DNA of 63,972 bases, the filler included, from Octopus bimaculoides (lineage: Eukaryota): assembly GCF_001194135.2 (NCBI RefSeq). It is 6 parts of 6 records of this genome, joined end to end, with 100 filler letters (N's around TTAATTAATTAA, not from the genome) between each part and the next. Parts side by side here need not be neighbours in the genome. Positions count along the whole stretch, not along the records: positions 1 to 14,219 come from NC_068994.1; 5 more parts are not named here. The stretch is one strand, 5' to 3'. A program made the position numbers and the translations under genes. The notes under the pieces are model-generated. The model was not told where the DNA came from. It saw nothing but the letters and a program-made list of their open reading frames with translations, and searched no databases. This document shows, piece after piece, positions 1 to 9,683 of the stretch; within the stretch, counting starts at the first letter, position 1, and each line of letters begins with the position of its first letter.

Positions 1-277
1 GGGGGGGGGGGATTTCCGAGCAGTCTGTTTCTTTGTTTTCTTTTTTCGTTAACGGGTGAGGATGTTTATATTGACCGCATTCATATTTTGAATATACAAA
101 GTTTTAATTATTTTGTTCGGGAAATCTGCTGAGAGCCAAAAGACATTATGAAAACAAATGAATAAATGAGAGGAAGAAGTCCTTAATGAGGTCGCTAGAG
201 CTGTTAGAAGAAATTACCGAAGAAACAAGCGAAAGCTCCCTCTAATCAAGTCTACAACTTTCAAGAAGTACAACGGG

Positions 278-343
278 GGATTTTTCTGATTTGGCCTGGT
301 AAAACATGAATAAAAATTGGCGTCCGCCAAATCAGAAAGATCC
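278..343. repeat. 18-bp inverted repeat with 30-nt spacer (hairpin)
   Basis: GGATTTTTCTGATTTGGC (278-295) and GCCAAATCAGAAAGATCC (326-343) are reverse complements at 17/18 positions. Confidence 0.8.
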
Positions 344-864
344 ACAACGGATAACATAAACATAGGTATACAGATCGATTAAAAAATGGCGTGATACTAA
401 GACTTAATTTTACGGTCTTATCGTGATGGGCTACAAATAGAGTTGAACAAAATAATCAATTGTGCGTTAAAGTTTCATATAAATATGTGATAATATTAAC
501 AATTAGACAGACTTACTTGGATATCCTTTGTGATACAAAGTTGCTTCTGTATGGCTGGGCCTTTCCGAAGCGAATGAAGTCGTTTTTTTTAGAGATGATT
601 AAACACTTTCACTTTCTGAAAATTACTAAGAAACGTGCGCTATATATGGAAATAAGGACTTTCGTTGTTACCATATTGTTGTTAAGCATGCCTGCTGATA
701 GCTGTGTGCTTGTGTGTCAGAGAGAGGGGGCAGAGAGAGAGAGTTTACAAGTTAGTCTGTCGCTAGCCCAAATATCTGCGCAGTTGAGAAACAGTAGTAG
801 TTCAGCAACTGAACTTCTCTCGGCTTCTCGTGATATTTAATTATTGGCTCAATAAACTCGTCTG

Positions 865-1360
865 CTTTTAGTTGTTTCAGTCGTTTGACTGTGGCCATGC
901 TGGAGCACCGCCTTTATAGTCGAGCAAATCGACCCCAGGACTTATTCTTTGTCAGCCTAGTACTTATTCTATCGAGCTGGTAGAAACGTTAGCACGCCGG
1001 GCGAAATGCTTAGCGGTATTTCGTCTGCCGCTACGTTCTGAGTTCAAATTCCGCCGAGGTCGACTTTGCCTTTCATCCTTTCGGGGTCGATTAAATGAGT
1101 ACCAGTTACGCACTGGGGTCGATATAATCGACTTAATCTGTGTTTAGCCCCTTGTGGGCAGTAAAGAAATAACTTATTCTATCGGTCTCTTTTGCCGAAC
1201 CGCTAAGTTACGGGGACATAAACACAACAGCATCGGTTGTCAAGCGATGTTGGGGTGGGTGGACAAACACTGACACACACACATACATACATACATATAT
1301 ATAGATAGATAGATAGATAGATATATACATAAGCAAGCTACTTACCAGACAGCCACTCCT
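865..1360 (-). mobile_element. tRNA-derived SINE family A, internally deleted, interrupted by a nested SINE
   Basis: Shares tail (...gtttcagtc...gactgtggccatgctggagcacc) and head (ggagtggctgt.tggtaagtagcttgctt, reverse complement at 1331-1360) with the copies at 4490 and 49047. Confidence 0.8.
975..1171 (+). mobile_element. SINE family B inserted into SINE A with a 13-bp target-site duplication
   Basis: ACTTATTCTATCG at 962-974 and 1172-1184 flanks the insert; B-box-like gagttcaaattcc; many homologous copies in the window. Confidence 0.85.
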
Positions 1361-1424
1361 TACCTAATTATTTAGATCACCTGTGAGCTAAACCCCTATA
1401 CTGTATATATATATATATATACCA

Positions 1425-1613
1425 TTTTCCTCTTCCTCCGTTTTTCCATTCTCCGAACTTTCCATTCTCCGAACTTTCCATCTTTCTGACGAAGGGCTCC
1501 GCCCGAAACGTCATGCACTGTCTCTTTCCTTTCCCGAGCGTCCAATAACACTATCCGTATCACGTCCTCACTTTGTTGTTTTTTTGTTATTGTTTTTTGT
1601 GTTTTTTTAAACC

Positions 1614-1615
<2 letters not shown>
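1425..1615 (+). mobile_element. Hammerhead-bearing short repeat, family F1 (Penelope pLTR-like or retrozyme-like)
   Basis: Homologous to 42905-43100, 46500-46665 and 62590-62775; flanked by (TA)n/(TG)n. Confidence 0.7.
1481..1515 (+). ncRNA. Minimal type I hammerhead motif (F1), stem I weak in this copy
   Basis: CTGACGA 1486-1492, extra A, stem II GGGC/GCCC, GAAAC 1505-1509, GTC 1510-1512. Confidence 0.55.
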
Positions 1616-1709
<94 letters not shown>

Positions 1710-2200
1710 TATGTATAATCCTTCAATCCCATTGTCCCCTACCCATCTCTCCTCCTTCCATATGACCAGTGTCCAGCCAGCCATGATCTTTCTTTCTTGG
1801 CCTGACTGCCGACCGTCAACACCTTGTGTCATCTCCCATGTTCCTGCCTTTAGGCTTTCACTTCATACACACTTCGTTCTCAGTCGAAAGACGCCTGTTG
1901 TTATTTCTTGTTGTTTGTATTCATAATTGTGTATCATGTTCTCCGTCTTTTGTTCTCAAGTGTAACTACCCGAAACAATCCTGACTTCTGGGACTTGACG
2001 GATGAATGAACGCCAACAATGACCCGTCTTTTTTTGCCTGTCCTTCTAATCGTTGTTTCTCTTGTCTGCCTTTGTATCGTCTATCTGTCCGAACATTTTA
2101 ATGCCCTCTATTGCGTTTTTGTTCCATTTATATATATATATATTACGGAGATGTACTTGCATAGCAAGTGACCTGATCTGAGATCGTGTGCTGGAACGAA

Positions 2201-2390
2201 AACAATTGCAGTGTGGAAGGTGTTTATAAGCCATTTAAAATAACACACAAAAGACGTCAGATTCACTTCAACATTTAAATTTAATTTTTCAAAATATTTT
2301 GACAAATTAAATTTAAATGTTGAAGTGAATCTGACGGCTTTTCTGTGTTATTTTAAATGGCTTATAAACACCTTCCATGCTGCAATTGTT
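2201..2390. repeat. ~190-bp near-perfect spacerless palindrome (MITE or foldback-like)
   Basis: The 87-nt outer arms (2201-2287 vs 2304-2390) differ at 4 positions; the centre tcaaaatattttga is itself palindromic; right arm runs into a gap. Confidence 0.9.
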
Positions 2391-2803
2391 NNNNNNNNNN
2401 NNNNNNNNNNNNNNNNNNNNNNNNNNNNNNNNNNNNNNNNNNNNNNNNNNNNNNNNNNNNNNNNNNNNNNNNNNNNNNNNNNNNNNNNNNNNNNNNNNNN
2501 NNNNNNNNNNNNNNNNNNNNNNNNNNNNNNNNNNNNNNNNNNNNNNNNNNNNNNNNNNNNNNNNNNNNNNNNNNNNNNNNNNNNNNNNNNNNNNNNNNNN
2601 NNNNNNNNNNNNNNNNNNNNNNNNNNNNNNNNNNNNNNNNNNNNNNNNNNNNNNNNNNNNNNNNNNNNNNNNNNNNNNNNNNNNNNNNNNNNNNNNNNNN
2701 NNNNNNNNNNNNNNNNNNNNNNNNNNNNNNNNNNNNNNNNNNNNNNNNNNNNNNNNNNNNNNNNNNNNNNNNNNNNNNNNNNNNNNNNNNNNNNNNNNNN
2801 NNN

Positions 2804-2851
<48 letters not shown>

Positions 2852-3461
2852 GTATGGCAGTTTTCTTTAAGTTTCTTATATATGGCGTCTAATTGCAAGG
2901 CTTTCATCAGCTAGCAACAATCTTATAAACACTTCCCCAAAGTGTCATACAATTGGACTGAACCCAGAATCATGTGGTTGGGAGGTAAACTCCCTACCAC
3001 ATAGCCACGTCTACGCCTAATCATTATCACAAATCAAAGGTGTAAAATATGCCTCCTCGGGCACACACACACACACACACAGATACAAACACATGTACAT
3101 ATAAGGATATACATGTCAGAAAGACAGAATGGATTAAACAGAACAGAAGGAGACACATGGAAAGGAGAGTCATTGATGAAGTCACAGGAAATGTGAGAAA
3201 TGATTTCAGACACAAAAGACACTAAAATAACAATAATGAAATAAAGAACAAGTCTATAGTGTGTGTGATTATCTGGTGGGGAAAAAAAGGACCATCCCTG
3301 AAACATAACAATAATAAAATTAACCATTAAGAGATAATAAAGTGGTAAAGACAATTTCTGTATGTATCAACTGTTTCTTTGTTTCTGTGAAGGATCTAAA
3401 TTGCCCTGTGTCTTTTGTGACAAAACAACTGGCTTCATTCTACACTTCAATCAGCCTCTAT

Positions 3462-3625
3462 TTAACCCTTTAGCATTCAAATTACTTAGTCAAATGTAAT
3501 GCTTATTTATTCACATTGTTTTCAATTAATCAATTATTATGTTGTAGCTTTGAGATTTCGGTGATGTGATTGTTTATTTTTAGACTGATGCTGTATTGTA
3601 GGTGTGAGAGGCTGGGTCTAGTAAG
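3462..3625 (+). mobile_element. Putative piggyBac-like MITE end
   Basis: Starts TTAA-CCCTT, the piggyBac-type target plus terminus; no second end seen. Confidence 0.35.
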
Positions 3626-3634
3626 TTTACATGT

Positions 3635-3788
3635 ATGTTGTTGTTGTTGGCATTCCGTCGCTTACGACGTCGAGGGTTCCAGTTGATCCGATCAACAGAA
3701 CATAGTAGAAGACACTTGCCCAAGGTGCCACGCAGATCAACTGGAATCCTCGACGTCGTAAGCGACAGAGTGCCAACAACAACAACAT
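3635..3788. repeat. 54-bp inverted repeat of SINE family D tails around a SINE A fragment
   Basis: Arms 3635-3688 and 3735-3788 match at 51/54; the arm is homologous to 22604-22660 and 59590-59646; the spacer contains tagtagaagacacttgcccaaggtgcc. Confidence 0.9.
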
Positions 3789-3789
3789 G

Positions 3790-4023
3790 CCTAATAGTAG
3801 TGAATCAGAAAAACCTTTGCAAAATAGCCAGTGAAATAGGTCTTAATAGTATGAACTCTAGGGATCTCTGTAAAAAACCTACATTGTTGAAAGAAGTACA
3901 GAAAATACTTTATGATTCTGGAGTCTGGTCACCTCTTGAACATTGAAAAATTTCAAGCAAGAGTTGTCTGTATTCCAGTTGTTGTATATCTGACTCAAGT
4001 GTTGCACCTATGTATTCAAGCTA
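3790..4023 (+). pseudogene. Possible decayed fragment resembling a long-chain acyl-CoA synthetase C-terminus
   Basis: LIVVNQKNLCKIASEIGLNSMNSRDLCKKP...VWSP...MYSS* recalls the VVPNQ..L..LA...GL......LC..P, VWSP and MYAS* pattern of ACSL3/4-type proteins; from memory only, with an internal stop and no clean acceptor. Confidence 0.2.
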
Positions 4024-4489
4024 AGATGTGAAAACCTTGACGGAGAAATTCCCAGATGCTTGGTTCTGGATGAGCCACAACATCAAAAAGAAAAAAAAAA
4101 GTTAATAAAATGAAATGAAAATAGAAACAAAAATAAAAAGAAGATAAAAAAAAACAATAACAAAATCAAGCTAACAATAATTTTATTCAAATTAGAGCTC
4201 AATTTTTTTTTCAGTTCAGACATCAAGTGGACAAAATTTTAAAGAAGAAAANNNNNNNNNNCAACCCAGAAGGGATGAAAGGTAAAAAAGGACCTTGGTG
4301 GAATTTGAACTCAATGTAAGGATGGCCAAAATCCTGCTAAGCATCTGCCTCAGCCTTATTTTTTCTTTTTTTTTTTAAATTAATTAATATAATTAATGCT
4401 TATTGCAAGGGTGTGGAGAAGATTAAAGGAGGAAAAGGAGTAATTGAATAAATGAATAAATTAATTACTAGAAGAAAAAAAAAAAAAAA

Positions 4490-4875
4490 GGAGTGGCTGT
4501 GTCGTAAGTAGCTTGCTTACCAACCACATGGTTCTGGGTTCAGTCCCACTGCATGGCACCTTGGGCAAGTGTCTTCTACTATAGCCTCGGGCCGACCAAA
4601 GCCTTGTGAGTGGATTTGGTTAGACGGAAACTGAAAGATGCCCATCGTATATATGTATATATATATATATGTATATGTGTTTGTGTTTGTCCCCCCACCA
4701 TCGCTTGACAACCGATGCTGGTGTGTTTACGTCCCCGTAACTTAGCAGTTCGGCAAAAGAGTCCGATAGAATAAGTACTAGGCTTACAAAGAATAAGTCC
4801 TGGGGTCGATTTTCTCGACTAAAGGCGGTGCTCCAGCATGGCCGCAGTCAAATGACTGAAACAAGTAAAAGAGTA
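4490..4875 (+). mobile_element. tRNA-derived SINE family A, near full length
   Basis: Head ggagtggctgtg..gtaag...gggttcagtcccactg; internal TA/TG microsatellite; tail gactgaaacaagtaaaagagta. Confidence 0.9.
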
Positions 4876-5320
4876 CAAGACTTTGTTAATCAGGAGGGAA
4901 ATGTAGTAAATTTTTTACCTGTGGAGTTCCTGGCAGCAGTTATAGTAAGGGAATGTAATCATTATTCATCATCATCATTTGGATGGTCATGGAAAAGTTG
5001 TCTGGACAAATGCAACTCTTCCATGCCAGATGTTACAACTGAGTCATTTGAATTAGGTTTTAGTCATGTCAATCTGTCACCAGCTGAAATATCATATTTG
5101 TGCACACCACAAATACAACAATTGATAGCAGTAGTTCAATAACTGAATTGGTTGACCCTGGCCATTGATAGGTTGTAGTCTGTTCATCCACTCAGCATTG
5201 AGTGATGTCTGCCATTGAATCAGTAAGATTGATTTGCAGCATGAATGTCTAGCTTAGATTTTAGTCACATTAGTCTTTAGGAAAGTGGTTATACACCATT
5301 AGGTGTACACCTGCTTTCCT

Positions 5321-5681
5321 ATATTAAATTCGGAATAACAACGAAACGCAGAACTCTGAACTTATCAACACAACAATATTTATTTATGGAGGAAAATAGG
5401 CAGCTTTAATCTTGGTTGCTGAGACGCCTTCTGTGAGAGAGCATGGTTGCTGAGACGCCGGTATGTTGATGTGAGCTGCCCCCAGAGTTGAATTGTTGGA
5501 GAGACAGCTTAATACGACCACGCTCATGTGAGAGAGCTCTGTAGCCTGTGTTACCTCTTCGCAGGCTGGCGAGAAAAGAGAATGAAAAAAGCGGGGAACG
5601 TTTAGATGTCGAACTCCACACATGCGTGGATAAAAACGCAGCAATGGCGACCGCACCCTGGCGCCAAATGACGTCACTACA
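5321..5681 (-). mobile_element. LTR-like segment (possible solo LTR)
   Basis: Minus strand starts TGTAGTG; GC-richer than flanks; AATAAA near 3' end; internal 15-bp direct repeat ggttgctgagacgcc; no clean terminal CA or TSD found. Confidence 0.4.
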
Positions 5682-6155
5682 AGTCTTTCATGAGCAGAAA
5701 ATATCTTGTCTGTGCATATTATGACTGCAGCTGAGAAGAGAATTTACTAACTGAACAATTTGTTGTCTGTTCATATGCTTACCATTGACTCAATAAGCTC
5801 ATCTACTGAAACAGTTCACATCTATCATGCTGCATCCCATTATTTCAATATAACTCTCGCTCAGGTGGTTAATCTGGATTGGTGTAGACCTGGGTACAAT
5901 AGTAGCTAAGAGCTAATTCCACACTCCCTAAAACCTGACAGCACTCAGTCCAGGGCCCTATCACCAGAATCACGACTAGATAAATCATTGTGGGAGAAGA
6001 AATCTGAAATTTAAATTTAACAGAAACAAAGAAGATCCAAAGAATATGTGTCATTTATTGATTTATTTCTTTTCAGTTCTATATTTAGAACCTTTATCAG
6101 GTGTCTTGAGGAAATTTTGAACCTGGGTTCTCATTCCTAAGGTATTTTTCGATGT

Positions 6156-6188
<33 letters not shown>

Positions 6189-6206
6189 TATTATTATTAT
6201 TATTCA

Positions 6207-6279
6207 GGTCACTACCTGGAATTGAAGCCGGAATCTTGGGGTTAGTAGCCTGTGCTCTTAACCACTACGCCATATGCCC
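6207..6279 (-). other. tRNA-like Pol III head of F2 (not a functional tRNA)
   Basis: 73 nt; A box TGGCGTAGTGG; degenerate B box GCTTCAATTCC; poor acceptor and anticodon stems. Confidence 0.7.
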
Positions 6280-6285
6280 ATGGGC

Positions 6286-6320
<35 letters not shown>

Positions 6321-6392
6321 GTAATAATAATAATAATAATAATATTGAAAAATACCTTAGAAATGAGAACCCAGGTTCGAAATTTCCCCAAG

Positions 6393-6436
6393 ACACCTGA
6401 TGAAGGCTGGAGAGTATATCAACCGAAACGTTGTAT
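6393..6436 (+). ncRNA. Type I hammerhead motif (F2)
   Basis: ACAC-CTGATGA-A-GGCTG..CAACC-GAAAC-GTT-GTAT; other copies give CAGCC and GTGT, restoring both stems in the consensus. Confidence 0.65.
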
Positions 6437-7633
6437 TAACAACAAACAAGATGAGGACAAATATCCATCAAATGTAAATAATGTTTTTTTTTTTTCATTA
6501 TAAANNNNNNNNNNTATATATATATATATATATATATATATTTGAAATGATCAGCATGATGTAACCCTAGGCAAATCCAAGGGCTTTAAATTTTGGCACA
6601 ATGCCAGTAATTTCGAAGGAAAGTATAAGTAGATTATATCAACACCTATACTCAACTCTTATTGACTCCGAAAGGATGCAAAGCAAAGTCAACCTCAACA
6701 GAACTTGAACTCAGGATGTAAAGGTGGACAAAATTCCGCAAAGCATTTCTTCCAGTACTATAATGATTCTATCAGCTCATTACATTAGCCTTAGCCTTGG
6801 CAAATACAATGGCTTCAAACTTTGGCACAAGGCCAGCAATTTTAGGGGTGGAAGTAAGTTGATCAAATTTTATCAACACTGAAAAGATGGAGGATAAAGT
6901 TGACCACAGCAGAATTTGAACTCAGAATACAAAGATAGCTGAAATGCCAACTCATTGCCTTATCCTAGGCAAATGTATTACAATCAACTGAAAATTTCAC
7001 AAAGAAAATTAGTTTATAAGATAATTACTCTTTTACTCTTTTACTCTTTTACTTGTTTCAGTCATTTGACTGTGGCCATGCTGGAGCACCACCTTTAGTC
7101 GAGCAAATCGACCCCAGGACTTATTCTTTGTAAGCCTAGTACTTATTCTATTGGTTTCTTTTGCCGAACCACTAAGTTACGGGGACGTAAACACACCAGA
7201 ATCGGTTGTCAAGCGATGTTGGGGGGACAAACACAGACACGCAAACATATACACACACATACATATATACACATATATACGACAGGCTTCTTTCAGTTTC
7301 CGTCTACNNNNNNNNNNNNNNNNNNNNNNNNNNNNNNNNNNNNNNNNNNNNNNNNNNNNNNNNNNNNNNNNNNNNNNNNNNNNNNNNNNNNNNNNNNNNN
7401 NNNNNNNNNNNNNNNNNNNNNNNNNNNNNNNNNNNNNNNNNNNNNNNNNNNNNNNNNNNNNNNNNNNNNNNNNNNNNNNNNNNNNNNNNNNNNNNNNNNN
7501 NNNNNNNNNNNNNNNNNNNNNNNNNNNNNNNNNNNNNNNNNNNNNNNNNNNNNNNNNNNNNNNNNNNNNNNNNNNNNNNNNNNNNNNNNNNNNNNNNNNN
7601 NNNNNNNNNNNNNNNNNNNNNNNNNNNNNNNNN

Positions 7634-7750
7634 TGGGTTGGACGATCTGACTGAGGACTGGTGAAACCGGATGGCAACACCAGGCTCCAGTCTGATTTGG
7701 CAGAGTTTCTACAGCTGGATGCCCTTCCTAACGCCAACCACTCAGAGTGT
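7634..7750 (-). mobile_element. Fragment of (GAT)n-tailed short retroposon family E
   Basis: Reverse complement of ggcgttaggaagggcatccagc.gtagaaactctgcca...cgtccaaccca, as at 45553-45660. Confidence 0.75.
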
Positions 7751-7751
7751 A

Positions 7752-7806
7752 GTAGATATAAAACTTCTATTGTTGTAGATATAAAACTTCTATTGTTGTA
7801 GATATA
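7752..7806. repeat. 23-bp tandem repeat, ~2.4 copies
   Basis: gtagatataaaacttctattgtt twice plus a partial copy. Confidence 0.9.
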
Positions 7807-8175
7807 ATGCTATGATAAGGATTTGATCTACTATAGTTGGCTGCCAGGGGATCTGTAAAGAAAAAAAAAGAGAGAGAGATGTAAAACTGAATCTTTTAAA
7901 ATTAAAGTTGGCTGTTATAGTGAGAAGAATATCAAAAAACAAACAGAAAAATTCAAGCTAATCCTGAAGTCTAAAGTACCAGCCCCAGTGCTCAATAATA
8001 ATAATAATCCTTTCTACTAAAAGCACAAGGCCTGAAATTTGGGGGAGGGGATAGTCAATTACATTGACCCCAGTACTCAACTGGCGTTTATTTTATTAAG
8101 CTCCAAAAAGATGAAAGGCAAAATCCACCTTGGCAGAATTTGATCTCAGAATGTAAAGACAGATAAAATGCTGAG

Positions 8176-8410
8176 GTTGTATGCTGTCAACTTAATGTGA
8201 CAGTCCCCTGAAGGGAATAATACTACTGTTGGTTAGACCTAGAAAGCTGTACTGCTTCCTGTCGGCCTTGACACATTTCCTGGGTCCTTATGTTTACAAG
8301 AGGGAGACAAGCACCTCCACCCTCGTAAACATAATTATACAGGAAATGTCTAACCAACAGTAGTATTATTCCCTTCAGGGGACTGTCACATTAAGTTGAC
8401 AGCATACAAC
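8176..8410. mobile_element. Element with perfect 63-bp terminal inverted repeats; truncated relative of the 15135-15377 element
   Basis: 8176-8238 and 8348-8410 are exact reverse complements; interior 8240-8320 matches the reverse complement of ~15235-15315. Confidence 0.9.
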
Positions 8411-9129
8411 TACTTCATTGTATCGCTACTGCATAAATCTTTCTGAGAGATTTAGAAATGTATTATTTCTAAAAAAGATAAAATGCCATTAAGCATTTTG
8501 GCAGATGTCCTAACAATTCTGCCAGTTTCATGCCTTTGTAATAATAATAATAATGGTTTCAAATTTTGTCACAAGGGCAGCCATTTTGCGGGAGGGGATG
8601 AGTCGATTACATTGACCCACAGTCTTCAACTGGTACTTATTTTATCAACCCCGAAAGGATGAAAGGTAAAGTCGACCCCGGCAATAATTGAACTCAGAAT
8701 GTGTGAAGACAGACAAAATACCGCTAAGCATTTTGCCTGGCATCCAAATGATTCTGCCTGCTCACTGCCTTAATAAATAATAATAATGATGATGATGATG
8801 ATAATAACAACAACAACAACAAATAATAATAATAATAATAATGATGATGATGATAATAAAAATAATAATAATAACAATAATCCTTTCTACTATAATGGCA
8901 AAGGATAGTCAATTATATTAATTGAACCCATTACTCAACTGGTACTTATTTTATCAACCCCAAAAGGATGAAAGGCAAAGTCAACCTTGGTAGATCTGAA
9001 CACAGAACACAGACAGATGAAATGTTGCTAAGCATCTTGCCTGGCCTGGCACAGTAACAATTTTACCAGCTCACTGGCTTAAAGACTTAATATTATAATC
9101 TACTAATATTAATATTATAAGCTACTAAC

Positions 9130-9683
9130 CCAGTTTCACATCTTCCATTCCTTTGTCTTCGAATGATGTCATTTCTTTCAATTCTAAAGGCAGAGTATGT
9201 CTCCATATGCTTTTCCACATGAACCATTCCACTGACATTTTTCTCATGAAGCACCGTGTGATTTCTTTGCTCATACAACATCTGTCGCACGTGCGACTCC
9301 TGATGCTCACACGACTCCTGTTGCTCACACGACTCCTGATGCTCACACGACTCCTGATGCTCACACGACTCCTGATGCTCACACGACTCCTGATGCTCAC
9401 ACGACTCCTGATGCTCACACGACTCCTGTTGCTCACATGACTCCTGTTGCCCACACGACTCCTGTTGCCCACACGACTCCCGTTGCTTATTCGACTTCCG
9501 TTGCTTATTCGACTTCCGTTGCTTATTCGACTTCCGTTGCTTATACGGCTCCTGTTGCTTATTCGGCTCCTGTCGCTTATATGACTTCCGTTGCTCATAC
9601 GAATCCTGTTGCATTTGTCGAGTTGTCATATGCGTCAATAATACAGTAACTGCAGCTGCAAACCCAATCCAAAACCATGGCAT
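9130..9683 (-). CDS. Candidate coding exon: hydrophobic N-terminus plus hexapeptide (Q/H)QESC(E/G) and KQRKSN repeats; function unknown
   Basis: 196-codon ORF open ~28 aa before and ~55 aa after the repeat; acceptor ctttcatctag 20 nt upstream of the ATG; donor GG|GTTAGT at 9129; no homology recognised. Confidence 0.45.
9290..9610. repeat. 18-bp minisatellite, ~17 units, with a sequence gradient
   Basis: acgactcctgatgctcac units grade into tcgacttccgttgcttat units. Confidence 0.95.

Larger units (their letters stand above)
6074..6484. mobile_element. Head-to-head inverted pair of family F2 (tRNA-like head + (AAT)n + hammerhead)
   Basis: Inversion centre atatgcccatgggcatat at ~6280; both arms carry gaaaaataccttag.aatgagaacccaggttc.aaatttcc.caagacacctgat; further copies at 55735-55831 and 60566-60727. 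Confidence 0.85.
6560..9080 (-). mobile_element. Cluster of about five co-oriented SINE B copies plus a SINE A (7030-7307)
   Basis: Repeated aaggatg.aaggcaaagtc.acc...gaatttgaactcagaat motif near 6670, 6890, 8110, 8655 and 8965. Confidence 0.8.

Noticed and set aside
4828-5142. 104-aa plus-strand ORF
   Set aside because: Begins inside a SINE tail at a non-ATG codon; no recognisable domain or splice context.
5783-6003. Minus-strand exon with strong acceptor and GTAAGC donor
   Set aside because: All three frames contain stops; cannot be supported as coding and could only be a UTR or lncRNA exon.
6207-6279. Functional tRNA gene
   Set aside because: Stems mispaired, B box altered, and it is part of a repeated element.
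9290-9610. CRISPR-like array
   Set aside because: Contiguous 18-bp units with no unique spacers; eukaryotic minisatellite.
9437-9649. Plus-strand TPVAH/SAPVAY cuticle-like ORF
   Set aside because: The frame is closed at 9232-9234 and has no good acceptor; the minus frame has a start, a hydrophobic leader and splice sites. Kept only as an alternative.
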